A stretch of DNA of 64,000 nt from Podarcis erhardii (Eukaryota): assembly GCA_964252035.1 (NCBI GenBank), contig OZ176201.1. The stretch is one strand, 5' to 3'. The notes under the pieces were generated by a model that worked only from the letters and a program-made list of their open reading frames with translations, searched no databases and was not told the DNA's origin. Below are positions 36,441-47,963 of the stretch, one piece after another. The number at the start of each line of letters is the position of its first letter. The stretch's first letter is position 1. The position numbers and the translations under genes are program-made.

Positions 36441-36780
36441 GGATTGTACAAATCCATAAAGGGCAGAACTTTTAGTGGCTATTTGTCATCATAACTAAAA
36501 ATGGGGTTGGGGGAAGCTGTGGAAATGGCAAGTGGGCCCATTTTTAATTGATAGAATGTTTGTGTGCACAAGCACATGTATGAATGCTTTCTCTTTGCCA
36601 CTCCATTTTCTCATCCCTGACTTCTGTAGTTTCTGCCTCTGCCTCCTGCCACTCCATTATCCTATCTTTTGTCTCCCATATCCCTGCCCTTTCCTTGCCA
36701 CCTTACCTCCTTTCACTCTTCCCACATTCTCTTTTGTCCCTTGTGCTTTTCAAGACTGATTGCCAGAATGGGTACTGATC

Positions 36781-36880
36781 TTTTCCTTGAAAAGCATATA
36801 GAGCTGAAAGAGGAAGTGGGAAGGAGTGTTGTTCTCTTAGACCTCCTCTTCAGCTCTATATACTTCTCAATGCAGGAAAA
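36781..36880. other. Imperfect inverted repeat (about 37-bp arms, about 23-nt loop)
   Basis: TTGAAAAGCATATAGAGCTGAAAGAGG pairs with CCTCTTCAGCTCTATATACTTCTCAA. Confidence 0.8.
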
Positions 36881-37990
36881 ACCTAAAACCCTTGGCACCT
36901 CATGAAAAGAGGGACAATGAGTAGGAGGGCTCAAAGGCTTTGTGGATATCAGAGAAAGTCCTCATGGTTGCCACTGCACTCAGAGGCACTGAGGTGTTTC
37001 TTATAGTCAATCTAGAAGAGAAAATAGGGAAGGGGGTTGAGGCATGAGTTCCTAGAAAGCGCTTGTTAAGCATTACATCCAATCAACTTCTTTGGTAGTG
37101 GAAAAATGCATTTCTTATTTTAGAAAGCTGAGCTCTAAAAGCTTTGATATGCTATATAATTCAGAAATCAGGGAGGGTTCTTGTGAATGCCCAAGCACAA
37201 GGGCTCTTATTGCCTTTCAAGCAGCAGTTATAGCAGGTTCAGATGAAGGCAAATGAAGCCAAGGCCTGTTTGGAAGATAATAAGCCACCTAAAGCATTTT
37301 TTTTGTTGTACAAATGCATGTATGTGGTTTGATTTGAGCCACCAAACAGTATGCCATCATCATTAATTTGAAATATTAAAAGCATGTAAATGAGGTTTTG
37401 AAAATGACTCTGCTCTCAATCTCACCCAGGTCTCTCTTGGACTAGTGCCCAGAAAGCAGTGTTGGATCAATGACAGGAAGCAAGTCATCTCTTAAAGTGT
37501 TTTCTTGTTGAGTTGGGCTTCTCATAGCATCATGCCAAAATACTGGGAAACAGGGTCGTGCATTCCCACACTGAGGGGTTGCCCCATTGTCAGGGCCACC
37601 CTGCTGTTTTCTAGTGGTACCCTGTCCAAGTTATTTTTAATGGCTACAACAAGCAACCAGCTTTCAAATTTTAATCATGTGTATGTTCTACTATAGGGAA
37701 GGGCATGTTTCTCTTGGATAATTATACTTAGTATTCTACTGACATTGCGGTTACCGTATTGCAACCTGGAGGTGTTGTGTTTTCATTTAAAAGTTAATTA
37801 CTGGCCTGGTTCTCACACCATGCTAAGCTAGGTGAGGGGAACTTGTGGACCTCCAAATGCTACTGAAGTACAGCTGCCAACATGGCCAATAGCCAGGGAT
37901 TGCACCCTAATAGGCAAATAAAGAGGCAGACACATTAGAAGGGGTTGAACTTTTTTTTAGACCTTAAATTGAAATCAACAGAAGGGCAGG

Positions 37991-38029
37991 ACTATGGGGC
38001 AGGAACTAACTATGGGGCAGGAACTAACT
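37991..38029. repeat. 18-bp tandem duplication
   Basis: ACTATGGGGCAGGAACTA twice, perfect. Confidence 0.95.
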
Positions 38030-38363
38030 TAACTGTATAACTGTAGCCATTGGGCAACCCACCCTTGCCTAAGGAATTAGGGCATGGCTTCTTAGCCTGC
38101 CCAGATTCCCAGGCCACACCCTGAAGGTGAGAAGGGAGGTCTTACCTTGCCACCCCCCCCCCCCAGGACTGCAGAACCCCAGGTGGATGAGGGAGTTTGG
38201 CTTCAAAGGAGGCCCCTATATCACCCTCTGAACCGCAGAGTCTGAGAAATGAGCCTCGGGGCCGGCCCATCATCTGAAAGGTACCCAAAGGGCGTCACCA
38301 GGCTAAACCAAACTATTTCTTTCCCCACACCTAAAATGCCACTGAAAGGGGACAAATCTCTAT

Positions 38364-38950
38364 TTAGTCCCCTTTCCCCATCCCTGAGAGGCACTGTTGC
38401 AGCCCCCTCTGCAGGTTGGATAGAAAGATGTTATTTTCAGCATCCGTTACATGGACTCCATCTGGCTTATACAGTTCAACCCCATCTGCCACGATACCTT
38501 CATGGCGGATTACTTGACCTCCTAGGCTCTCAACTGCAAGCCGAACTTCCCTGTTGACTTTTCTCCTTGTCCTGTTTATTCCCCTTGGATCCCAAGAAAC
38601 CTGTCATACCCTTCTAGGCAGTATTTCGGACCAAACTAATGTAACCGCTGGCCAACGTTGCTGGATAACCTTAAAATCCAAAATGGCTTACAGGCTCAGA
38701 GCCTTTCCTTTCAGCAAACCCAGATCACTGACACCCAGGTGGACCACCAGCACCTGGGAAGGCTCAGGCATTGCAGGCATTGGAACAGCAAAGGGAGCAA
38801 CCGGTCCCAATGCATGCCTCGGCGGCCCAACCACTAAACTGATGCCAACTGGATCAACCCTAGTTGTGTGCCAAACTTGGAAGCAGCAGCCCTCCAACTG
38901 GCTCCCAACACCATGGTGTGGCCGCAGATAAGTACCCTGGACAGCTCTCT
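38364..38950 (-). pseudogene. SGNH/GDSL-type hydrolase (esterase) domain, decayed
   Basis: Two-frame minus translation: RVLICGHTM (block I), WLGRRGMHWD (block II), frameshift, VVHLGVSDLG (block III), LVWSEILPRR, LYKPDGVHVT (block V), then LQRGLQQ. Stops at 38834-36, 38688-90, 38604-06; terminal TAA at 38364-66. Confidence 0.82.
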
Positions 38951-41536
38951 CCAGATTTAGGCACCTGCCAAAATAAAACATAGTCAGCAACACATTTCAA
39001 GCACTAAGGCTACCCTTGCCCCTTAGCAGCCACACCTGCCTCCTGTGTGTGATCAAGCCCTTCCCACTCACTCAGACCACCTAAGAAATGAACCAGTCGG
39101 TGCAGGGAATTTACCTGCTCTGCCTTTCTTGCCCAACAGCTCACAAAGGCGTCCAGCCTTCTGAGCACTATCTAGGCCTTTTGGATGAATGTTCTAATGG
39201 TACTTGTAGTTCAGTAATATCTCAAGAGCCAAAGATGCACTAAGACAACAACTGTGTGGCTCCCCCAGCTGACATGTGGAAGGTGATAGAGCCACAGATT
39301 CTCCTGCCCTGTTTCTTCATCAAACACTTTGCTCCCCTTCTGTTTCCTATATAAAGTGCAGGCAGGAAGGGAGGGAGCAGAACACCAGAGCACCTCACCA
39401 AAGAAGCTGCAAGTACATTGCAATTTTTGAAGGTTCAACTAGGCAACCCTAACTGGTATTACCATTGCTGGCTCCCGCCTCCATAGCCACCCTGCTCCTG
39501 TGTCTTTAACAACAGCCCAAATACACAGCAGTTAAGCAAATGAAGCTTTTCCTGACATCTAGAAAAAAAATGGGGGGGGGCAGGAGTTTTGCCAATTTCA
39601 TTTTTCATATTTTTCTCCTTTAAGAAAAATAAGAAACCAATCCAAATTTATTTGAATAGATTTCCCTTGGAAGGATATCCTTTATTATCTCTGTCTAAAT
39701 TGCTCAGCTTTCTGATGTTTTAAAAGGCTGCAAGTATCACAGCAGCTTTAAAATATACAGTTGAATATGATCTATCTAGAGCTACTCATGAACAAACCAT
39801 AATCAACAAGAGTTGCTTTCAAGCGGGTATGTTGCATTTGCATGTTCACCCCTCCCCTGAAGCTATGATGATGCATACAGACTTCTGACAAAGGGTGCAG
39901 AATTGACAATGATGACATTATCAATTAAGACTTTAAGCAAATAAACAATTTCATTTGTTTTTCCATCTCCTTTGATAATCATGGCTATATTGACCCAACT
40001 TACTAGTCTAAAATCCCATGTAATTACAGCATTGTCTCTGCTGAGCTTGTTTTCAAATTAATTGCAGTCAATGTGGTGGCAAATTAATTGTGGGAAATCA
40101 TTAGCAATAAATCGCAAGGTGCACAAACTCTTTGAAGCATTGTTCTGTTCCTCTTTCCAGAGCTTCGGTGGCCATCAGACACAGGCAGTTAATAGCAACA
40201 CCTGAAGTCTTAATTGGACTCTAATTGTGCTCCTATTTGACCAGGGAAATTATGCCTCTCTTAAGCACATATCATTTACACAACCTTGCAGTGATATCCT
40301 TCCAGAGGCAATGGGTCTGGAAGGCTGTTGTTGCTGTGCTAGGTTTCAGTGGTTGTCATTTTGACATATTATTTTGTGCTTTTCTTCAGAAGACAGAAGT
40401 TGATTGAATGTGAGAAAAGTGGGACTTTGACAAGCTGTCAGAAGCCCTTGCAGTGCAAACTTACCTGCCAGCTACCTTGTTTCAGATTTCTTTCAAAGAA
40501 GCTTTCCAGTGCACCAGCTTCTATTACTAATCCAAGAAGCTCTAAAATCAGGAGCTCCCTATTTTGAAAAGGCCAAATTAAATAATTTACACTTCAAATT
40601 GTTTTAAATCCCAAGGATAGAAATACCTGATAGAGCAAAAAACCAAGGGTGGATTTTGGAGATATGTATGCCCTCCAGTCACCCTGGCAAGTCTGTGCTA
40701 ATGCAAAGTTAGTTGGTGTTTCATTCCTGCCATCTCCCTCTTTTGTTTTTATTATTTCAGTGAATGTGGGGGGGGGGGGTTCCCCCCTTCAATTCCTGGA
40801 AAACCTTGTGAAATTCAAAAAAGAAAAGAAAAGAAAAGGCAGCCATGAATTGGTCAAGGAAAGGAAATATGAATAGAAATAAGCTGATTTAAAAGAAAGA
40901 CCATCTTCTTGGTTTATAGTGTTTTATTATAATAAAATCTGATCTTCAGAGCTATGGGGCTTTGTTTTATAAAAAAAACTTTAAATATGCTTTATTTTCT
41001 TCAGATGTGATTGTTTTGCTTTTCCTTCTTCAACATAGCTAGGCTTTTTCATACATCAATGGCTATTTACTACTCCATCTGTGATAGATAGATATGTTTA
41101 GGATTTCAGACATATTTTATTGGTGCTTTTGACAGCTTTCTTAAACTTAGAAATTAAGCAAATCATCTCATGGAAATACATCACCGGGAAAGGTTTAATT
41201 TGCTTAATGTTTGCAAATGTATAGCTTTCTTCTCAGGCAAAATGGAAACCAAATAAGATATGATAAATCTAGTGAAATTTCAGGGGTAAATAATGAGTGG
41301 AATCTGCACATCCATAGATAGTCACCATACTTTGGTTAAAGCAGAATTTGAAGCAAAAGTGCTAGCTTCTGAGGAGCATTACACTTTTACTATCACAATA
41401 AAATAAAAGCATGAAGATAAGAACTTCACTTTTTCATAATCGTCAGGGCCAACACTACAATTAGGCCAAATGGGGCAACTATCCCAGGCTGCAGCGAAAC
41501 TGCAGCAACTAATGTGGGGGCAAAGGAGAAAGCCCT

Positions 41537-41771
41537 CTCACTGCCTTCGAGAGCCTTCTTGCTGTACCCTTCTGTTGGAGGGCATAACAAGCCTACCTCC
41601 ATAGCCAGCCTACTGCACTTTGGTGCAGTGGAAGACACTATTCCACTGTCAGTAAAGAAATTAGATTCAACTCCCAGTCCAGTCCAGTCCTTGTCCTTCA
41701 TCTCAGGCCACGAACATCATGAGCTGGCCCAGATCATGTTTTGAGGAAATAATAAATAATGTGTGATTTAA
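41537..41771. repeat. Unclassified interspersed repeat, copy B
   Basis: Colinear with 34578-34810, same orientation. Confidence 0.8.
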
Positions 41772-41948
41772 AACTCCGGTGCTGTTCACACTTTACTTGG
41801 AAGTAAAGACCATTCAACTCAGTGGGACATACCTTTTTGGTAAACATGTTTAGGATTGTATGAGTGTATAATCTAGAAAAGCACCAGGAAAGCGACAGTG
41901 AATTCAGGGTGATTCAAAGTGGAACATTCCGTCTCAATACAATGCATT

Positions 41949-42135
41949 AGGAACATTGGAAACTGCCTTATTCTGAATGGGACCCTTGGCCCATCTAACT
42001 CTGCATTGTCCATACTAACTGCAGCAGCTATCCAGGAATTCTGGCTGGAATGCCTTGCCCTAGCCAGAGACACGAGGGATTGAAACTGGGCACTTCTACA
42101 TAGAAAACTGGTATTCTATCACAGAGCTATGGCCT
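41949..42135 (-). mobile_element. Squam2-like tRNA SINE
   Basis: Minus head GGCCATAGCTCTGTGATAGA...TTTCAATCCC; tail ...AAGGCAGTTTCCAATGTTCCT. Confidence 0.7.
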
Positions 42136-42929
42136 TAAACCCATTGAAAGAAAGAGAGAACACTGCAGCAATTGCAAAACTGGTGGGAGTCAAACAGTGC
42201 CAGCCCATGACATCTTACTGCCCTCCACTGGGGCCTGAGACTTTCTGCACCATTCAGACATCAGTTCCTGCCTTCATCTATTTCTCCTTCATGTTGCTTC
42301 CAGAAGCAGGTGGCTTCATCTTGTTTCATGGCAGGCCCAGTCTTATGTGTAAAACAAACAATGGTTGCTTTTTTTACCTAAAGGGAAGTAGTCAGAGGAA
42401 GTTGGGATTCTGTAAGCTCTCTTTGTAGTGCCACTTCACCCTGGCTTGTTTTGCTTTGCTGTAGGGCCTTCTTGCATCTGAATGTGGCTTCCAAGATGCT
42501 TTGAAAGATAGCAAAATTATTTTTGCCTTGTAAATGCAGAAAGATCTCTGGCACATTTTATAGAAATGCCTTTCAGTTTGCTCATAATTCCCACTGCTGC
42601 TTCCAAGCTCCAGTTTCACTTTAAATTTTCAAAGCTGTAACATTTTGAAAATTTACCAGACTCCAAAGGCTGATTTGCTCTGAGAAAAATCCATCAAGCT
42701 ATGTGGCTAGTCTTTAAATGTATTAATCACTAAGTAGCTGTCTTTTCTAATTAAGCATGGGTCTTTTAACACCATAACATTTACTTAAACAAAATGCACA
42801 CTTTTGCACTTTGCCCTGGACCTTATGTTAAAAAGCCTTTAATAATTTGTGTGTAACATTATTACTAACTGCAACTTATAACTAAAGGACAATGAATAAA
42901 CAGTTGCTGGCACAGACACATAATGGCCA

Positions 42930-43225
42930 TGGCAGAAAGAAGGGACACAGGAATGGACACAGGAGATTAGTATTGGGTTGAATTAGGCCACAGCTTTATT
43001 GATTACAGGAAATATTAGGTTTGGCTAAAGCACTGGGCATGTATCCAGCATCAGGCAGCCCACCTGCTACCTGATAGGAACCTGGTGGAGTCGATTGTGT
43101 GTTGGGGAATTACCCTCAACATTTCTTTTCTTGAAAGTGAGGGGTGTGCCGGTGTGCATGTAAAATTCTTTAAAAGATTTGTAGGGATTATTGTCAGCTG
43201 TCGCAGGTGTGCATCATCCCTTATC
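42930..43225 (-). mobile_element. Possible terminal-repeat fragment of an LTR or YR retroelement
   Basis: Minus AATAAAGCTGTGGCC at about 42986-43000, preceded by GGTGGGCTGCCTG; recalled from squamate DIRS/Ngaro-like termini, not verified. Confidence 0.3.

Positions 43226-43227
<2 letters not shown>

Positions 43228-43257
<30 letters not shown>
43228..43257. repeat. (AC)15 microsatellite
   Basis: Read directly from the sequence. Confidence 0.97.
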
Positions 43258-43259
<2 letters not shown>

Positions 43260-44975
43260 TTTAGCACCTCTTACAGGCTGCAACTTCCCTCCAGAATGCA
43301 CATAGCATCCTTCAGGGCATGGGGGAGGAAGACTGCCGATAGTGAACATACTCAAGACCATACAGGCCATAAGAATTATGATTGGGAGGCCACAATCCCT
43401 TATGTGGAACCTTCTGGCAGCTGCGTGCCAGTAGTGGGTGGAGCAAAAGTCAAAAGTGGGTGAAGCAATGGATGTGACTCTTAGCCTTGCACAACAGGCT
43501 ACATTCCAGCCATGCAGAAACCGGGCACACATCTCTTTCCATCCAGGCAAGGAAGAGGCACAATTTCTTCAAGAGCACATTCCAGGAGAGCAGGACAGCT
43601 CAGGGATGTGTCCGGGGAAGTGGGGTGGCCTAGGGAAAGTCCCAAGGGCCAGGCAGAGGGAGCTAGAGTACTGAATTAGAACCCTGGGCCTGAGGTTGCC
43701 TACCCCAGTTACAAGGGCTCAGCAATTCCCATTCTTCTGTTTACTAGTCTTCTTTTTCTTCCTTCATTAGGGAAAAAGAAGTATGGGATTGGCAATAAGG
43801 GCACATGGTGGACTCTTCAGGGACAATCTTATTTCCAACTTTCATTTAGAACTTGTATGGGGATTTTGTGTGTGTATGTGTGTGAGAGAGAGAGACTGTG
43901 TTGGTTATTGGGGTTGCCCATACTTGAAAAAAGTCAGATAGCTGGAGACTTTCAGAACAGATAAAATGACATTAACATGAACTGTAATAATTCCTTTGCT
44001 ATTTTTCTGCATTAATAAAGAAATGATACTATAAATGCAGTATACACTATTGATGGGTTTACTATAATAGTCAACTTGGAATTTTTACAGCTATTTTATT
44101 TTCTACTCTCTGGGTTTTTTTCCACTCCCCCTTTATAAAAAAATAAGAATGTAAAACCTGCAGAAGATTCCATTTATTTCCCTAGGTGCTTTTCTACATG
44201 TTTTTCATGGAAGAAAATATTTTTCAATTAAAGCATTCAGACCCCATTTCCTTTATATCTCTTTTGTGAACATTTGTTTTGAGTGGGCAATTCTATAGAA
44301 GGCTAAGTGAAAAGATGGGTTCAAGGTTAACATGATAATATGAAGAAAAGCGGGGGGGGGGGGAGAGTTGAAAGTACTGCCAGTAATGTCTGCCTATTGC
44401 ATCTGGTTCAGTTGCTTTTATTACTGAAGCCTTCTGCACATTTTCCGTATTGAATTTTCTTTTCACACACTGGAAACATTTCCCAGTGTAAGCCAGAATC
44501 CCCTTCTATCCCATTTGTGTGCTGTGCCCTCAGCCTCTACAGATGCATGTGACTTACTTTAGTCCCTTTGTTTACAAAGAGGGCAGCAAAGCAATTGTAT
44601 ACAAGATGTATGCTAAGGCCTGACAAGAGCTGCTCAGATGTAAAAACTAAATGCCTCTTATCTGTATCTGGGTATGAGCTCTTTGAAATAACTCAATGTG
44701 CTTCATGCCCAGAGAGAGAACACTTGAAAGCAAGCAGGTGTATGTGTGTGTTGCTCGAAGGATTCACGGAATTATGAGGGGAAAGTGTACTCTCACAATG
44801 TTTAGGAATTTTATTTCATAGAGAAATGCACATGAATGCTGCCTTGAAATGGTTTGTGTTCTCCCCTACTACTTTTTTATTATTATTTCTGAGTATTTCT
44901 AACCTGCTCTTCATTGACTATTTCATTCTGGGGGCAGGGAACAATGAAATTAATAATAGTGAAAAATATGCAGGA

Positions 44976-44977
<2 letters not shown>

Positions 44978-45015
<38 letters not shown>
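44978..45015. repeat. (AC)19 microsatellite
   Basis: Read directly from the sequence. Confidence 0.97.
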
Positions 45016-45017
<2 letters not shown>

Positions 45018-45062
45018 ATCCATAAGCGTAAGTTCAATAAATAACTCATTTGTAAAACAAAC

Positions 45063-45145
45063 AGAATTTGTTCTACTTGCAGCTTCCACACCAGATAAAA
45101 AGGCAGGTGCACATAAAGCATGTTACAGTAATCAAGTTTCAAGGG
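45063..45145 (-). mobile_element. L2 LINE ORF2 fragment
   Basis: Translates as LKLDYCNMLYVHLPFYLVWKLQVEQ, matching the L2 (S)RLDYCNALY.GLP...KLQ..QN motif. Confidence 0.62.
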
Positions 45146-45948
45146 AACTACTGTGGTCAGTCTATATATTTATAAAAATGTTTTTTAGGTGTTGATTGGA
45201 GGTTTTAAAAAAGTCAATCAACGCCTCAGATCTAGTCAGGATCAAATTAAAATCTAACTTGATGGCTTTCCTCAGGGTTAGTGTTGGGAACAGTAAATGC
45301 TCATCAGGCCCAACTGTTTACGCTGTTCTTATAGGGGCCTGTGAGAATGCTGGGAGGCCTCTTTCATACTAGTTCTTATACAAAAAGAGAAAGGGAGTCA
45401 GGCTGAGCCCTGACCAAATTGAAATTTAAAGACCTTGGAATATGATAACCCTGCCCTCTGTGTCACATTCACCCTGTACTAAGTATAATTAATTCTTCAT
45501 TGGGACTTATTGTTCCCTAGAATCTTTATGTTGCGAGATTCATCTATCTGGAACTGAACTTGCTGTTACAGAGACTGTAGTGCATCTTTATTCTTCTCAT
45601 TGGCATACAACTTTTCTGTTAAGGGGCTGCAATATACAGCTTAGATCGGATGGTGGTGCTGCAGAAGTTGAAACCACTGTGTGCACTTCCTCTCATACAA
45701 GCCCCACTTTTGTTAATTCTCTCCTCCTGCTGCAGCTGCAGATGCCATTCTGTTTGAAAGCATATCCCAACCCACAGAAGCAGATATTTGAAAACGCACA
45801 CAGAGGTATAAAGCAGGAAATCCCTGGTCTGGGAGTGGAAGTTAAGATTCAAGTCAATTTGGTGAATGATTTCTTGTCATTCACCACCACCATCTGAAGG
45901 GCTGAGTAAAAATAATGAGCGGTTTGTCATAATGCTCCATGTTCAATA

Positions 45949-46571
45949 CAGTGGTAGCTTGGTTTATAAACTTAACCTGTTCCGGAAGTCCGTTCTTAAA
46001 CCAAAGTGTTCTTAAACCAAGGTGTGCTTTCCCATGGCAGCGGGGGACTCAATTTGTTGGGATACTGCCAGGGAGATATGGCCCATCATGGCCCCCACGT
46101 CGCCTCCGGACGATCCGTCGATCTCCCGTAGATACAGTATCAGCAATTAGCGACACGAGCTCCAGAAAATAGCTTGCCACATTCCAGAGCTGATGCACGC
46201 TCTATCAGCAGAATTCGTACAGCGAAAGATGCACGCAGGAGAGCATTATTTAGAAGTTTATTCAGCGTTTGTCAGAACAAAGGAAAAAACATGACTGCCT
46301 GTTTGCGTGTTCAGGCACAGAGAGAAACGAAAGCACAGACACAACAGAAACATCTGTGAACAGGAAATACGCAGACTCTGTGACTCACAAAGCCTGCTCC
46401 CTTTTAAGGTGGAACGGAAATATCCTAACAAATGGAACATACTCAACAGGAACGGGAACATGTTCTGCTTCCCAGGCAAAAGTTCACAAACCAAAACACC
46501 TACTTCGGTTTGGAGCATTCTTACTCCAAGTTGTTCATAAACTAAGCTGTTCTTAAACCAAGGTACCACTG
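45949..46571. mobile_element. Tigger-like MITE interrupted by a nested insertion
   Basis: TIRs CAGTGGTAGCTTGGTTTA / TAAACCAAGGTACCACTG; left TA present, right TSD reads TT; repeated GTTCTTAAACCAA. Confidence 0.88.
46055..46430 (-). mobile_element. Solo-LTR-like element, 376 bp, nested in the MITE
   Basis: Ends TGTTGGGATA...TATCCTAACA (10-bp inverted termini, 1 mismatch, TG..CA), CpG-rich, AATAAA on minus at 46257-46262. Confidence 0.72.
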
Positions 46572-46719
46572 TTTTAGCCTATGTCCTAAACCCTAACTGA
46601 TGCCTGAAGCCACAGACTTATATTGTGCCAGACTATACTAGATAATTAAGCCAATTTTGCCATGACCCTCCTCAAGAAACTCTTAGGGGGCTGTAGATCT
46701 GTATAGCATGACAAGTTTG

Positions 46720-46845
46720 CGGAAATTGTGGACCTCTAGATGTTGAAATGCAGCTCCTGTTATCTATGACCACTGAGAATTTTGGCTGGGACTAATGTGA
46801 AATTAAGTCCAATGGCATCTGGAGGACCACAAGTTCCCCAAGCCT
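46720..46845. mobile_element. Degenerate hAT-type MITE
   Basis: GGAAATTGTGGACCTCTAGATG pairs with CATCTGGAGGACCACAAGTTCC. Confidence 0.55.
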
Positions 46846-47334
46846 TACTTTCTTGTAATTCTTACAAGAATTAAAATTGCTGTGGAGCTGGTCTCAGACA
46901 TTCTTATGAGCATAACTTCAAGCTTCCATTCCAAAACACATTCTTTAAGATGAAAATTTGAATTCTATCAATGAATTGACTGGAATTTCTTGCCCATTAC
47001 AGGATGGAAAAGAGGCTTGTCTGATATACTTTAAGTAAACAGGGAAGGAGAGAATATTTCTTTTTTAAAATTACTCAATACAGGTTTTCAAAACAGCAAG
47101 GCATAAATAGTGATGGAAATAGATATCAAGAGTTATGTTAGTAGGATTAAAGAATTTAGACTGCAGGAATAGTTAGTTATCTTTTTTTATAATTCAGACG
47201 TGGAGTATATCAGATATCATTTCTTTGTCAAATGGAGCTGTATGTCACATAGATTTCTTTTACCAGTGGAGCAAACATCTCTTCTGTCACAAGCAAAATA
47301 AAAATAGAAAATGCTTTGCACACTGTGAAGAAGA

Positions 47335-47475
47335 ACCATAGCTCAGTGGTAGAACATGTGTTTAAAGGCTTTTTTTTTTTTTGTATTCAGGCAGTTTGGA
47401 AGAAAACTGCCTGAAGCCCTGGAAAGCCAGTCCTGAACTAGATGCACTAATGACTAATGGAAGAAGGTGGCTTCC
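47335..47475 (+). mobile_element. Degenerate Squam2-like SINE
   Basis: CCATAGCTCAGTGGTAGAACA head, TGCCTGAAGCCCTGGAAAGCC, and a GGTGGCTTCCTG tail. Confidence 0.45.
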
Positions 47476-47763
47476 TGTTTTCTTTTGCACACACAGTTTT
47501 CTTCATAAGTATAATATATCCTTTAAAAAAGAGAGAAATAGGCTTAATAATGTAGGTTATACTGTATCTTTTTAATATTTATGGGAGCCTGATCTGCTTT
47601 TGTTAGTTATAGATCTGCACTCTTCAGTTCAGATGTAGAAAGCAAATTCAGCCAGAGATAAAGAGTATAATGATATGACCAGTTACTCTCATTGATCAGT
47701 GGATTGCCAAGTGCTTTGCGATGCTAAAGCAAATGTCAATACTATACAGCAAAACATAAGTAC

Positions 47764-47963
47764 NNNNNNNNNNNNNNNNNNNNNNNNNNNNNNNNNNNNN
47801 NNNNNNNNNNNNNNNNNNNNNNNNNNNNNNNNNNNNNNNNNNNNNNNNNNNNNNNNNNNNNNNNNNNNNNNNNNNNNNNNNNNNNNNNNNNNNNNNNNNN
47901 NNNNNNNNNNNNNNNNNNNNNNNNNNNNNNNNNNNNNNNNNNNNNNNNNNNNNNNNNNNNNNN
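47764..47963. other. Assembly gap (200 N)
   Basis: Run of N; true length and contiguity across it are unknown. Confidence 1.

Larger units (their letters stand above)
37960..39180 (-). mobile_element. GC-richer block hosting the SGNH ORF; probable Ngaro-like (tyrosine recombinase retrotransposon) remnant
   Basis: Compositionally distinct from the flanks and carries the hydrolase ORF. The Ngaro assignment rests on the known hydrolase ORF of some vertebrate Ngaro elements; boundaries are approximate. Confidence 0.45.

Noticed and set aside
38554-38931. 125-aa plus-strand ORF resembling a retroviral env N-terminus (hydrophobic start, NVT, CW)
   Set aside because: It is the antisense reading of the SGNH hydrolase frame, which has far stronger motif support; no CXXC motif or TM subunit follows.
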